A stretch of 40,411 nt of DNA, taken from positions 1-40,411 of the IMG/VR virus record IMGVR_UViG_3300005805_000181. One strand, written 5' to 3'. The position numbers were made by a program, and so were the translations under genes. The stretch is from a virus. Taxonomy: Duplodnaviria; Caudoviricetes. Below, one piece after another: positions 1-9,220 of this stretch. Every line of letters starts with the position of its first letter. Position 1 is the first letter of the stretch. The notes beneath the pieces are model-generated. The model saw nothing but the letters and a program-made list of their open reading frames with translations, did not search any database and was not told where the DNA came from.

Positions 1-15
1 AAAAACCAATTAACT

Positions 16-516
16 ATGTTTATAGAAGCACAAATGGTGTTTAAAAGCTATGCACCACTCAAACTTGAGAAAGGCATGTTATTCTTGTATTCTGAGCCAT
101 TATGTTTTCAATTGAAACAGCTATGCCATATTCCTGCTGATGAACAAGAATACATCAAGGAGAATGGCTATCCTGTAGAACCATACATTGTTGAGGCTAC
201 AAATCCCAATGAGCGCAAATCTGAGCGTGTTTTAGCCACACCAGAGCAAATAGGCTGGTTTGATGAGGGTGAATGGTCTGATGAGCTCTGTGACATAGAA
301 TTAAAGCATTACAACCGCATTCTAGAGGGTTATGCAGGTTCCATCCTCATTGAGATGTTTGAGACAGATGAGGAAGAGCTAGTTCCCACATTGTACAACA
401 ACAAGGTGACAATTGCATATGCTGATCTAGAGGATGAATATGACGATGATGACGAGGAATTAACATATGAAGAAGATGATTACGATAATGACACACATAC
501 AGAAGGAGATTTCTAA
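16..516 (+). CDS. hypothetical phage protein with very acidic C-terminal tail
   Basis: 166-aa ORF, A-rich upstream context, tail DLEDEYDDDDEELTYEEDDYD. Confidence 0.75.
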   Translation: MFIEAQMVFKSYAPLKLEKGMLFLYSEPLCFQLKQLCHIPADEQEYIKENGYPVEPYIVEATNPNERKSERVLATPEQIGWFDEGEWSDELCDIELKHYNRILEGYAGSILIEMFETDEEELVPTLYNNKVTIAYADLEDEYDDDDEELTYEEDDYDNDTHTEGDF

Positions 517-527
517 ATTATTTAACA

Positions 528-698
528 ATGAAGGCAATTCTTATCTATTTGGGCTTTATGGATCAACCTATGCCCAAGCAACAATTTATTCAACAGTTTA
601 AAACTACCTATCCAGAGGAACAACTTACGTATGAGCAATGGTGTGTACACGTACGTGCATCCATGCTCCATGGGAGGCAGATAGTGCATTTTGGTTAG
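528..698 (+). CDS. small hypothetical protein (56 aa, MKAILIYLGF...QIVHFG), absent from ORF track
   Basis: Read from DNA: ttaacaATG at 528, TAG at 696-698; fills the gap between genes. Confidence 0.6.
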   Translation: MKAILIYLGFMDQPMPKQQFIQQFKTTYPEEQLTYEQWCVHVRASMLHGRQIVHFG

Positions 699-723
699 AC
701 AGGGTTAATTGGTGAGAAAACAA

Positions 724-756
724 GCTCTAGGTGTAAAAGCCTAGAGCCTTTTCTTT
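724..756 (+). terminator. intrinsic terminator
   Basis: gctctaggt-gtaaaa-gcctagagc hairpin followed by cttttcttt. Confidence 0.7.
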
Positions 757-777
757 AATACATTAAAATTATTTATC

Positions 778-1242
778 ATGGGAATGGACATTTATGGTAA
801 CAGCGATGCTTATTTCAGAGCTAATCTCTGGAGCTGGAGGCCAATACACTTATTATGCGATGTTGCAATACAACAATACAATTTAGATATGAATACAGAC
901 GGATGGTCATATAACGATGGATGTGGACTAGACACACAAGATGAATGCGATGCATTAGCAGGCAAACTAGAGCTCCTATTGATAGACAATGGGTGGGCTA
1001 ATGTTGCTGATGAAGAGCGTGTTTATCTATGCTTAGGCATGTGGTGCACACAAGAGGGTGGGTTTGTTGAAGAAGGTGTATGTAATCAACTCAATGAACA
1101 GTTTCCTGAGGGTACATTGCTATTAGGTGGTATAATACACACAGATGGCAAGATGTATGAACCCTCACACAGCACATCTGTAGGACACTTAAGAGAATTC
1201 ATCAAGTTTTTACGTAAATGCGAAGGCTTTAAGATCTATTAA
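778..1242 (+). CDS. hypothetical phage protein
   Basis: 154-aa ORF, MGMDIY start and GFKIY end of a type common in phage early genes. Confidence 0.75.
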   Translation: MGMDIYGNSDAYFRANLWSWRPIHLLCDVAIQQYNLDMNTDGWSYNDGCGLDTQDECDALAGKLELLLIDNGWANVADEERVYLCLGMWCTQEGGFVEEGVCNQLNEQFPEGTLLLGGIIHTDGKMYEPSHSTSVGHLREFIKFLRKCEGFKIY

Positions 1243-1263
1243 CTCAAATAAAAACAAAAAACA

Positions 1264-1605
1264 ATGAAAAACGTAACAAAAGCACGTTGGACAAACAAGG
1301 AAATCAACTTAGCAAAAGAAGCATTAAAACTATCCAATGGTAATCAGCTAAGAGCAACTCAAATGCTCACAGGTGTCATCGATCGTACACCAGCTTCTAT
1401 TCAGGTGAGAATGTGCATATTAGCAAAGAAACATCCTTCTCTGCGTAGGAAGAACATTTTGAGAAGGGCTGCTCAAAACGCAACAGCTGTAGAAACTCCA
1501 CAGACAGAACCAATCACCACTAGAAGCGATGATCGTGCTACCACTGGTACAATGGTGATTACAAGGATTGAATTGGCTAATGATCATTTGAAGTTCTACT
1601 TCTAA
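1264..1605 (+). CDS. putative DNA-binding protein (Myb/SANT-like N-terminal HTH)
   Basis: RWTNKEI...RTPASIQVR pattern; A-rich leader. Confidence 0.5.
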   Translation: MKNVTKARWTNKEINLAKEALKLSNGNQLRATQMLTGVIDRTPASIQVRMCILAKKHPSLRRKNILRRAAQNATAVETPQTEPITTRSDDRATTGTMVITRIELANDHLKFYF

Positions 1606-1627
1606 GCGCAACCAAACATCCATATAT

Positions 1628-1840
1628 ATGTCAGCCACACCAATTCTAGTTTATTCCTCTAAAAGGAAGAGGAAACCTTTGTCATTTACCATTGACCACA
1701 AGCATTATGCATTGGCTAGTAAGCTAATAGATGCCATATTTGCTAGTAAGCGGTCAAAAGTTGTTGTGGATAGGAGAAGATTCTCTTACGTTCCATCTAA
1801 CGGAACTAAGAAGATGGTCATTAGACTAAAACGCTCCTAA
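1628..1840 (+). CDS. small basic hypothetical protein
   Basis: 70-aa ORF in operon order. Confidence 0.6.
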   Translation: MSATPILVYSSKRKRKPLSFTIDHKHYALASKLIDAIFASKRSKVVVDRRRFSYVPSNGTKKMVIRLKRS

Positions 1841-1851
1841 CAAAAATGCAT

Positions 1852-1888
1852 TGTAGGGCAGAAAATTGTTTTTTCTGTCCTACATTTG
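1852..1888 (+). promoter_or_regulatory. Bacteroidota-type -7 promoter element (TACATTTG 1881-1888) overlapping a 14-bp hairpin
   Basis: tgtagggcagaaaa/ttttctgtcctaca inverted repeat; TAnnTTTG consensus. Confidence 0.6.
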
Positions 1889-1927
1889 CAACACTTGCGT
1901 CATTATATGGATTAAAAAATCAATTTT

Positions 1928-2044
1928 ATGTGGTGGAAAATAGCCATACTTATTTATGCCCTCTTCATATTGTGGTTTGCATACGAAATTATGCAAGCTC
2001 CATTGGTGAATGAGGATGAAGAAACAAAAAAGGCTAGCGATTAG
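1928..2044 (+). CDS. 38-aa single-TM peptide (MWWKIAILIYALFILWFAYEIMQAP...), absent from ORF track
   Basis: Read from DNA; downstream of the 1881 promoter, ends inside the terminator loop. Confidence 0.55.
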   Translation: MWWKIAILIYALFILWFAYEIMQAPLVNEDEETKKASD

Positions 2045-2055
2045 GCTAGCCTTTT
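2028..2055. terminator. bidirectional intrinsic terminator
   Basis: aaaaggctagc-gattag-gctagcctttt between convergent small genes. Confidence 0.8.
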
Positions 2056-2080
2056 AATACATTGTTATTGTGATGGATTA

Positions 2081-2248
2081 TTATGCTGCTTTCTTCTTGG
2101 AAAGTACAGACCAAATACCACCAACCAATGTCAAAAGAGCACCAGACAGTTCTAAGAATGTGGATTCATCAACCAAGCCTTTAGCTACGATGAAACCACC
2201 TACAAATGTGAGAGAATGTCTGAGAATACCAATTACTTTTTCTTGCAT
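2081..2248 (-). CDS. putative 2-TM holin (Pam3 gp28-like), 55 aa, absent from ORF track
   Basis: MQEKVIGILRHSLTFVGGFIVAKGLVDESTFLELSGALLTLVGGIWSVLSKKKAA: RH..T..GG motif, two hydrophobic helices, WS..K basic end. Confidence 0.7.
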   Translation of the reverse strand: MQEKVIGILRHSLTFVGGFIVAKGLVDESTFLELSGALLTLVGGIWSVLSKKKAA

Positions 2249-2265
2249 AGCTTACGATTTAAGCG

Positions 2266-2302
2266 TGCAAGATAGGTAATCTATCCCAAATTACCAAATT
2301 TA
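2266..2302 (-). promoter_or_regulatory. probable promoter for the minus-strand holin
   Basis: Minus strand reads TTTGG-N19-TATCTTGC; also a TAAATTTG at 2295-2302. Confidence 0.45.
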
Positions 2303-2322
2303 ACTCTAATCAACTCAATTAC

Positions 2323-2553
2323 ATGATTTATCAGACTATCCACGAGATTATGAACCCTTTTGATGTGGAAACACCGTTGGGATATGGTGTTGCGCTATTT
2401 ATGATAGCTGGGTCCATCCATTCTAACCCTCAGTTTATCATTAGGTTATACAATACAGGAGAGGTTAGGACAGTCGATCAGAACGATATTAGAATTTATG
2501 GTAATCCAACAGCTGGAGAACCTCTAACGCCAAAAATGAAAGAAAATGACTAA
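2323..2553 (+). CDS. hypothetical phage protein
   Basis: 76-aa ORF overlapping the next gene. Confidence 0.7.
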   Translation: MIYQTIHEIMNPFDVETPLGYGVALFMIAGSIHSNPQFIIRLYNTGEVRTVDQNDIRIYGNPTAGEPLTPKMKEND

Positions 2554-2785
2554 CTTCGACAAGTGTGTAATATGTGGTGAAGACTCACCATATACACCAA
2601 ATGTGCATATTGACTACAGAATAGGATATGTAGAAGGAGCAGGACAAGGCTGCTTTAAGCCTAATGGATGTAATAGAGGTAAAAAGGGAGACACTCTCAG
2701 TATTCCTATGCACATTGTAAACCAACTACCTAATGATGCTGATTTAGGTGAGTTTGTAAGAAAGCTTTATTGGGTAAACAGATAA
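2546..2785 (+). CDS. hypothetical Cys-containing (possible Zn-binding) protein
   Basis: CVIC...YVEGAGQGC...C. Confidence 0.65.
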   Translation: MTNFDKCVICGEDSPYTPNVHIDYRIGYVEGAGQGCFKPNGCNRGKKGDTLSIPMHIVNQLPNDADLGEFVRKLYWVNR

Positions 2786-2788
2786 AAT

Positions 2789-3031
2789 ATGAAGAAGAAA
2801 ACTAAGAAAGAAGATGAGAAAGCCATTTTGGTAATCTCATCCACTCCTACAGATGCTGTATTTGACTTTCATGGTAGTGAAGCACTACTAACAGCAGCCA
2901 TTGTTACAAGTTTGGTGGAAGGAAAAAATCCATTTTCTAGAGTGATAAATGATGCCATCAATGTTATGATGAAGATGGAAGACAAGGACATAAAGAACAT
3001 TAAAAAGAATGCTAGAACTAAAAAGGTGTAA
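2789..3031 (+). CDS. hypothetical protein
   Basis: 80-aa ORF abutting polB. Confidence 0.65.
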   Translation: MKKKTKKEDEKAILVISSTPTDAVFDFHGSEALLTAAIVTSLVEGKNPFSRVINDAINVMMKMEDKDIKNIKKNARTKKV

Positions 3032-4984
3032 ATGGACGTTATTATTTACGATATAGAGACCATGAGTGAATTGTTCTTGATTGTTGCACAACAACCAGGA
3101 CAAGAACACAATGTGTTTGAGGTGAGCAAGTTTCGCAATGATTTGGACAAGTTTGCCAACTTTGTAGCTGCTCATGAGGAACATTATTGGGTGGGCTATA
3201 ACAATCTACGCTTTGACAGTCAGGTGGTTGAATGGGTTCTTAGGAACTACGACAATTGGCATGAGCTTTCTAATTTAGAGATTACAGCCAGAATAGCTCA
3301 GAAAGCCTCTGATGTCATACATGATGCTAACTTCGATGTGTTTCCTGAATATCGTGAATCTGATCTGTCCCTCAAGCAAATAGACCTGTTCAAGGTGCAT
3401 CACTTTGATAACAAGAATAGGCGTGTTAGCTTGAAGAGATTACAATTTGAGATGGATTTGGAGAACATTGAAGAGATGCCCATCCACCACACAAAGACAG
3501 ACATGACCCAAGAGGATATTGATGTCATAAAGCATTATTGCTTTAATGACGTTAATAGCACTAGAGAGTTTTATTATGTCACTATTGGTCAGACAGAGCA
3601 TCCTTTGTATAAGGGAAATAACCAAATACAGCTCAGACTAGACATAGAACAAGAGTTTGGTATTAGGTGCCTTAACTACTCAGATAGTAAGATTGGTGAT
3701 GAAATCATCAAGAAATACTATTGTGAGGAGAAGAAGATACAATACCAAGAGCTACCAAAGAAGGGCACATTTGCCAAGGTGAGTGTGAAATACTGTATTG
3801 CTAATTATGTAGAGTTTAAAACACCACAGCTACAGGAGTTCCTCAAGAGAATCAAGAAGGTGGTACTGGGTGTGAATGATGATTTTAAAGAGGAAATCCA
3901 CTTCTACAGTAATGCATATTCTTTTATGAAGGGTGGTTTGCATACAGAAAACAAGCCTAAGGTGTTTGAAGCTACAGACGATGTATTGATAGTGGATTGG
4001 GATGTATCTAGTTATTATCCAGCCATCATCATCAACAATGGTAGGTATCCAAAGCATCTTGGGCCTGAGTTTCTGCGTGGGTATAAAAAGATGTTTGAGA
4101 AGAGACTAGAGCTAAAACCTCTTGCTAAGAAGGACAAAAAGATTAAGGGCATTGTAAATGCTCTAAAGCTTGCCGTCAATTCTGTGTATGGTAAGAGCAG
4201 TGATATGCAATCCTGGATCTATGATAGACAACTCACCATGTTCACCACTATTACAGGTGAGCTTAGCCTAATGATGCTTATTGAAGCATATGAACTAGCA
4301 GGCATTAACGTAATATCAGCAAATACAGATGGTGTTACAGTGATGGTAAAGAAAGAGCTTGTTGATAAGATGCACCAGATTAACAAATGGTGGTGTGATT
4401 TGACACAATATGAGCTAGAACGAGCTGACTATCAGAAGATTATATTCTCAACCGTTAATGATTACATCGCAATTAAGACAGATGGAGAAGTTAAAAAGAA
4501 GGGGGATTTTCTTACAGATTTTGAGCTGCATAAGAACAAGTCTGCTCGTATTGTGCCTATTGCTCTTGAACGCTATTATGTACACGATGTTCCTGTTGCT
4601 ACTACTATCACAGGCTGCAATAATATTTTTGATTTTTGTATTAGGCAAAAGTCTAGCTCTGATTTCCACTATGAAGGATGGAATAGAACAAAAGGCGAGA
4701 AAACTGTTTACAACAAGCTGATAAGGTATTATGTATCCACCACAGGAGAAAAGCTCCTGAAGGTGAAGAATGAGAACAGCGAGAGCACAGCACCTGACAC
4801 ATCTCAAGTGGAAGCTGGTGAATGGGTTTGTACAGTGTGTAATCACCTACCTAGCACCACTGACACATCTGGTGTAAACTTTGACTATTACATTGAGAAA
4901 GCTGAGCGCATCATACACAAGATACAATATGAGGGTAGGAAGCGTAAGGTGGTGGTCAATCCTAATCAATTAAGTTTATTCTAA
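3032..4984 (+). CDS. polB: family B DNA polymerase with 3'-5' exonuclease
   Basis: ExoI YDIET, ExoII GYNNLRFD, ExoIII YCFND; Pol motifs DVSSYYP, KLAVNSVYG, NTDG. Confidence 0.95.
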   Translation: MDVIIYDIETMSELFLIVAQQPGQEHNVFEVSKFRNDLDKFANFVAAHEEHYWVGYNNLRFDSQVVEWVLRNYDNWHELSNLEITARIAQKASDVIHDANFDVFPEYRESDLSLKQIDLFKVHHFDNKNRRVSLKRLQFEMDLENIEEMPIHHTKTDMTQEDIDVIKHYCFNDVNSTREFYYVTIGQTEHPLYKGNNQIQLRLDIEQEFGIRCLNYSDSKIGDEIIKKYYCEEKKIQYQELPKKGTFAKVSVKYCIANYVEFKTPQLQEFLKRIKKVVLGVNDDFKEEIHFYSNAYSFMKGGLHTENKPKVFEATDDVLIVDWDVSSYYPAIIINNGRYPKHLGPEFLRGYKKMFEKRLELKPLAKKDKKIKGIVNALKLAVNSVYGKSSDMQSWIYDRQLTMFTTITGELSLMMLIEAYELAGINVISANTDGVTVMVKKELVDKMHQINKWWCDLTQYELERADYQKIIFSTVNDYIAIKTDGEVKKKGDFLTDFELHKNKSARIVPIALERYYVHDVPVATTITGCNNIFDFCIRQKSSSDFHYEGWNRTKGEKTVYNKLIRYYVSTTGEKLLKVKNENSESTAPDTSQVEAGEWVCTVCNHLPSTTDTSGVNFDYYIEKAERIIHKIQYEGRKRKVVVNPNQLSLF

Positions 4985-5259
4985 TGAGAAAAAGAGTTAG
5001 CAAAGCAATTGAAAGACTACGAGAAGCTAAAAAGGAACATCTCATGAAAAAGAAAAGTGAGGTGGAAAGGGTAAAAGAGGAAGGAATCAAGTTTCCTAGC
5101 TATAATCCTCTTCCAAAGAAAAAAGAAGAGCTTACAAAAAAAGAAAGAAAAGCTGCTCAAATGCTCAGGTATAAGGAGTATGAGAGAAAAAGAACGCCTA
5201 ATAAGGTTTTTATTGGCTGGGAGTACAAAGACAGGTATTCTTACAGAAAAGATGATTAA
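4984..5259 (+). CDS. basic hypothetical protein
   Basis: 91 aa, TAATG coupling to polB. Confidence 0.65.
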   Translation: MRKRVSKAIERLREAKKEHLMKKKSEVERVKEEGIKFPSYNPLPKKKEELTKKERKAAQMLRYKEYERKRTPNKVFIGWEYKDRYSYRKDD

Positions 5260-5261
5260 CT

Positions 5262-5450
5262 ATGCCAGACATTACAATGTGCCCAGGAACAGACTGTCCT
5301 AAGAAAGAAACATGCTATCGTTTTATGGCTACACCCTCATACTATCAGTCTTATTTTGTAGAGCTACCAATGAAAAACGGTGAATGTGATCATTATTGGG
5401 AATACGTCAAGCCAGATGCTAACAAAAAGAAGAAGAAAGTAAAGCAATAG
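5262..5450 (+). CDS. small Cys-rich phage protein
   Basis: MPDITMC..CP.KETCYRF...QSYF...C..YW pattern. Confidence 0.7.
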   Translation: MPDITMCPGTDCPKKETCYRFMATPSYYQSYFVELPMKNGECDHYWEYVKPDANKKKKKVKQ

Positions 5451-5451
5451 A

Positions 5452-5647
5452 TTGACTTTTACCACGTAAAATGTCAAGTAAATTGCGCAAAAAACTTGAC
5501 TTCTACCGTGTAAAATGTCCAGTTTTTTATATAATTTACTGGACATTATGCTGCTAGACAAGGTAATGTGCCATATAATACACAAAAGTGGGTGATTTTG
5601 TCCCTTATAAGACGTATTACGCCATTTTGTGCAATAAAATACACTTT
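5452..5647. repeat. cluster of nested direct and inverted repeats
   Basis: 27-nt direct repeats 5452-5478 and 5496-5522 (23/27 identical); GTCAAG-N16-CTTGAC and AATGTCCAG-N16-CTGGACATT; further imperfect palindromes 5564-5647. Confidence 0.7.
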
Positions 5648-5947
5648 ATGGAAAAGATAACAAGAGAGAACATAGCTGAGCACCTGATTAGATACCAGCT
5701 AGAAATGGTTGGTAAGACATGGGAAGATGCTATGGCTGATCAACAATGGTATTACAATTTTACCATGACACAGAACCAGTTTGATCAGTTTATGGCCTAC
5801 GCACTACCACTTGTTAAAAAGGTGCTCAGATGCAATAAGAGCAAAGCTCAGACAGCTCTTGATTGGTTTAACCTGCAGTTTGGTTTACGCATCTATCCTC
5901 CACCTATGGAGCTGAATTCATTGCCTCTTAGAAAGAAAACAGATTAA
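5648..5947 (+). CDS. hypothetical phage protein
   Basis: ATG at 5648 (MEKITRENI) preferred over GTG 5588, which lies inside the repeats. Confidence 0.7.
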   Translation: MEKITRENIAEHLIRYQLEMVGKTWEDAMADQQWYYNFTMTQNQFDQFMAYALPLVKKVLRCNKSKAQTALDWFNLQFGLRIYPPPMELNSLPLRKKTD

Positions 5948-5968
5948 TTAACTTAAAATCAACATTTT

Positions 5969-6523
5969 ATGGGATCAAATGCGTTTAAAACGTACAGCAG
6001 AGGCAACTCTGCTAAAGAAGCTTATACTAGTGCTGTAGAAAGAGCTGAGGACGAATATGGTCATCAAGAAGGCTATAGTGGTGAAATTAACTCTACACAT
6101 GGTTACAAAGACATGACTGACACATGGAAAAATAGCGGTGAGGACATAGATTCTTTTATTGAAAGAAGACTTAACCAACTTAGCAAGTTTCAACCAGCAG
6201 AATGCATCTGTTGGAAAGCACCTGTTACCAACAAAAACAAGATAAAGACACAGGTGGAACATATTGTCTCTCCAGGAACAAAGAAATGGATATTGATGTA
6301 TGTGGTGTATGACGGTGATATAAGGGTGACAGCAGCTCCTACAAAGACAGAAGCTGTTAAGCTTGCAAGAACATACTCCGAGAAGCATCAATGTACAACT
6401 ATTGTAAAGATGGAAAGGAGGCTTGAGAAGAATGACCACGCACTGGTTGCTAAGGTTAAGTACAAAAAGGCACAAAATGAAAAACAAGGAAACTATATAT
6501 TCTATGGATGGGCATCATGCTAA
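5969..6523 (+). CDS. hypothetical phage protein
   Basis: 184 aa, YGHQEGYSG and FYGWASC motifs. Confidence 0.75.
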   Translation: MGSNAFKTYSRGNSAKEAYTSAVERAEDEYGHQEGYSGEINSTHGYKDMTDTWKNSGEDIDSFIERRLNQLSKFQPAECICWKAPVTNKNKIKTQVEHIVSPGTKKWILMYVVYDGDIRVTAAPTKTEAVKLARTYSEKHQCTTIVKMERRLEKNDHALVAKVKYKKAQNEKQGNYIFYGWASC

Positions 6524-6704
6524 TTATTCAGAAGATTTTGAGAGGGACTATCTCAAAGATGTCATATATTTGCAGGAGAAGATTCTTGATCTGGAGCAAG
6601 AGCTGCTAAAGCTAGAAATGGACATGAGAGAAGCAGCAAAGATATCTGTAATCAAGCAAACTCCTGTAGAAGATGAAACTAGAATTGACATTCTCCCATT
6701 TTGA
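6504..6704 (+). CDS. small coiled-coil hypothetical protein
   Basis: Likely ATG at 6504 within track ORF 6423..6704. Confidence 0.5.
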   Translation: MDGHHANYSEDFERDYLKDVIYLQEKILDLEQELLKLEMDMREAAKISVIKQTPVEDETRIDILPF

Positions 6705-7299
6705 GGAACTGCTCAAGAAGGGGTACAATCTTGACATTGTATTCCTTCTTGCTTTGGTTCAAGAAGAAGGCTGTGATATAAAGGAATTGAGCTATGAAAA
6801 TCCAAAACTATCCGTACTCTACCAAACCTTGTTAAGAAAAGGACTTATTTCTGAAGAGTGTAAACTCACTCTTGAAGGGAAAGCTTTGATTGATTTTCTG
6901 TCCACTCCTTTGAACACAAAGATTGAGAGAAAAAAGCCTGTAGAGGACAACTTTAATAGGTGGTGGAGGGCCTATCCAGGCACTGACACATTCACCTATA
7001 AGGGTAAGCCCTTTACAGGCACTCGATCGATTAGAGTGAAAAGAGATGAGTGTAAGCTCAAGTTTGACAAGATAATGAATGAGGGTGATTATACGGTGGA
7101 TGAACTAATAGCAGCACTAGAATTTGAGGTGGCTCAGAAGAAAGAGAACTCCCTAAAAACTGGTGTAAATAGAATGACATTCATGCAAAACAGTCTCACC
7201 TACCTTAACCAACGCACGTTTGAACCATTTATTGAACTAATTAGAGAGGGACAGAAGGTGAAACAATCACCAGATCCCTATAAGGGGGTGGACATATGA
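6673..7299 (+). CDS. putative replication initiator/helicase loader
   Basis: N-terminal wHTH-like segment, FNRWWRAYP and TYLNQRTF motifs as in phage replisome organisers; lies upstream of DnaB. Confidence 0.5.
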   Translation: MKLELTFSHFEELLKKGYNLDIVFLLALVQEEGCDIKELSYENPKLSVLYQTLLRKGLISEECKLTLEGKALIDFLSTPLNTKIERKKPVEDNFNRWWRAYPGTDTFTYKGKPFTGTRSIRVKRDECKLKFDKIMNEGDYTVDELIAALEFEVAQKKENSLKTGVNRMTFMQNSLTYLNQRTFEPFIELIREGQKVKQSPDPYKGVDI

Positions 7300-8147
7300 A
7301 AATCATTAAACAAAAGACAAAAACTCTCGTTACAAGGGATAATGGCAGAAGTTCTGACGCTGTTAGCCCCAACTTCATATATGGCTGTCTAGGAGGATGT
7401 ATGTCATCTTATTGCTATGTAGGCAGATATAACCATGATAAGGTGTATGTTAACGAGAACACAGATGATATAACTAGATCTATTAGTAATTGGGTGAAAG
7501 ACAAACCCTGGCCAAAAGCTGCAAATCAATGTGATTCAGTGTATTATACAATTGATATTGGATGCAGTACAGATGTTCCTCTGATGAGCAAACATTATGA
7601 TTGGCAGAAGGTGTTTGACTATTTTAATGACACACCAATGGTGAAAAGTACGTTTGCCACCAAATATCCAACAATGTTTAACGCTGAGTCCTATAAGTTA
7701 AACAAAGAAAAGAACAGGATAAGGGTGAGTTTGATGCCTCAGAAGTATAGCAGTGTATTAGAACCTAATACAGATCTTATATCTGATCGCATACAATCTA
7801 TTGCCAAACTACAAGAGCATATGGAAGTGCATATAAACTTCTCTCCCATCATTTATACAGAGGGTTGGGCAGACGAATACCGTAAGCTATTTCAAGAGCT
7901 ACGTGATAACAATGTAGACACAAAGTGTGAATGTATATTCCTTACACACAATGTAAACCAACATGAGCGCAACTCAGAAGAGGTGAGAGAACTCCTCTGG
8001 AGACCTGATATTCAGGAATCTAAGAACTCCCAGTATGCTGCTGACAATATTCGGTATAAGTGGGACTTAAAAAGAGGCCTAATAGAAGAATTCAAGGGAA
8101 TTTATGTAGAATTCTTTACATTGCTGAACATTCGTTACATATTTTAA
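7296..8147 (+). CDS. splB: spore photoproduct lyase family radical SAM protein
   Basis: GCLGGCMSSYCY cluster motif, IGCSTD (H-donor Cys position), FATK, RIRVSLMP, LEPNT, HINFSPII. Confidence 0.75.
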   Translation: MKIIKQKTKTLVTRDNGRSSDAVSPNFIYGCLGGCMSSYCYVGRYNHDKVYVNENTDDITRSISNWVKDKPWPKAANQCDSVYYTIDIGCSTDVPLMSKHYDWQKVFDYFNDTPMVKSTFATKYPTMFNAESYKLNKEKNRIRVSLMPQKYSSVLEPNTDLISDRIQSIAKLQEHMEVHINFSPIIYTEGWADEYRKLFQELRDNNVDTKCECIFLTHNVNQHERNSEEVRELLWRPDIQESKNSQYAADNIRYKWDLKRGLIEEFKGIYVEFFTLLNIRYIF

Positions 8148-8156
8148 ACCAATAAC

Positions 8157-9218
8157 ATGAGCTTTGAACAACTTAGAAATGAGGTACAAGCTGGCCTAGA
8201 TGGCAGAAACAGCGGTATACCTATGGGTTTCAATAGGCTCAATAGGTATGTTGGTATACGCAAGGGTATGTATTTTCTTGTAGGTGGTTTAACAGGTTCA
8301 GGCAAGACTAGCTTTATTGATGATGCGTTTGTACTCAATCCTTTTGACTGGTATATCATGCAGAAGGACCCAAAAGTGAAGCTACGCATTGTATATCGTT
8401 CAATGGAGCGCTCTAAAACCTATAAACTCGCTAAATGGGTGAGTAGGAGAATATTCCTAGATCATGGTATAATCATCACTGTACCCAAACTATTAGGTTG
8501 GACAGAGAAAATGACACATGATGAGCATGATTTGTTCCTTATGTATGAGGACTACATCAACAAAATGCAGGATGTAATCACTCTTATAGAGGGACCAGAG
8601 AATGCTGTAGGTATTGCCAAAGAGCTAAAAGCATATGCATTACAGCGTGGTAAGATTGAACAAGTGGATGAGTATAACAAGCGCTATTTCCCTAATGACG
8701 AGAATGAGATAACTATTGTTGTTCTGGACCACGTAGGCTTGATTAAAACCACCAAGGACCAATCCACAAGAAAGGAAGCTATTGACAAGATGAGTGATGA
8801 GCTCAGGTATGCCAGAGACTTTTATGGATATACACCTGTAGCTGTTAGTCAGTTCAATAGATCAATTTCTAATGTGCAGAGACTCAAGAGTGGTGATGTA
8901 GAACCACAGCTCGAGGATTTTGCAGAATCTAGTTCTACACAGAATGATGCTGATATTGTTCTTACACTGTTTGATCCAATGAGATATAAGGTGAGCGATC
9001 CCTCTGGATATGAGCTAAATAAGCTCATAGATGGGTTTGGTGCCAAGTATTTCAGGAGCCTGAGACTGATTAAGAATTCTTATGGTGAGGACGATGTTAG
9101 AATTGGTTTGGGCTTTATGGGCCAGATTGGTATGTTCAAAGAGCTTCCAAAGCAGAAAGACATGACAGACAGCGATTATGACTCTGTAGTGGATAAATCA
9201 TTCTTTTTAAACAAATAA
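8157..9218 (+). CDS. dnaB: DnaB-like replicative helicase
   Basis: GLTGSGKT Walker A, SME, VVLDHVGL, SQFNR, QNDAD, IKN. Confidence 0.9.
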   Translation: MSFEQLRNEVQAGLDGRNSGIPMGFNRLNRYVGIRKGMYFLVGGLTGSGKTSFIDDAFVLNPFDWYIMQKDPKVKLRIVYRSMERSKTYKLAKWVSRRIFLDHGIIITVPKLLGWTEKMTHDEHDLFLMYEDYINKMQDVITLIEGPENAVGIAKELKAYALQRGKIEQVDEYNKRYFPNDENEITIVVLDHVGLIKTTKDQSTRKEAIDKMSDELRYARDFYGYTPVAVSQFNRSISNVQRLKSGDVEPQLEDFAESSSTQNDADIVLTLFDPMRYKVSDPSGYELNKLIDGFGAKYFRSLRLIKNSYGEDDVRIGLGFMGQIGMFKELPKQKDMTDSDYDSVVDKSFFLNK

Positions 9219-9220
9219 CT

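Noticed and set aside
2070-2279. Track ORF on + strand (69 aa)
   Set aside because: Antisense shadow of the more convincing holin-like gene 2081-2248
5452-5547. Possible mini-CRISPR array
   Set aside because: Only two imperfect 27-nt repeats with a 17-nt gap, too short for a spacer; no cas genes in the window
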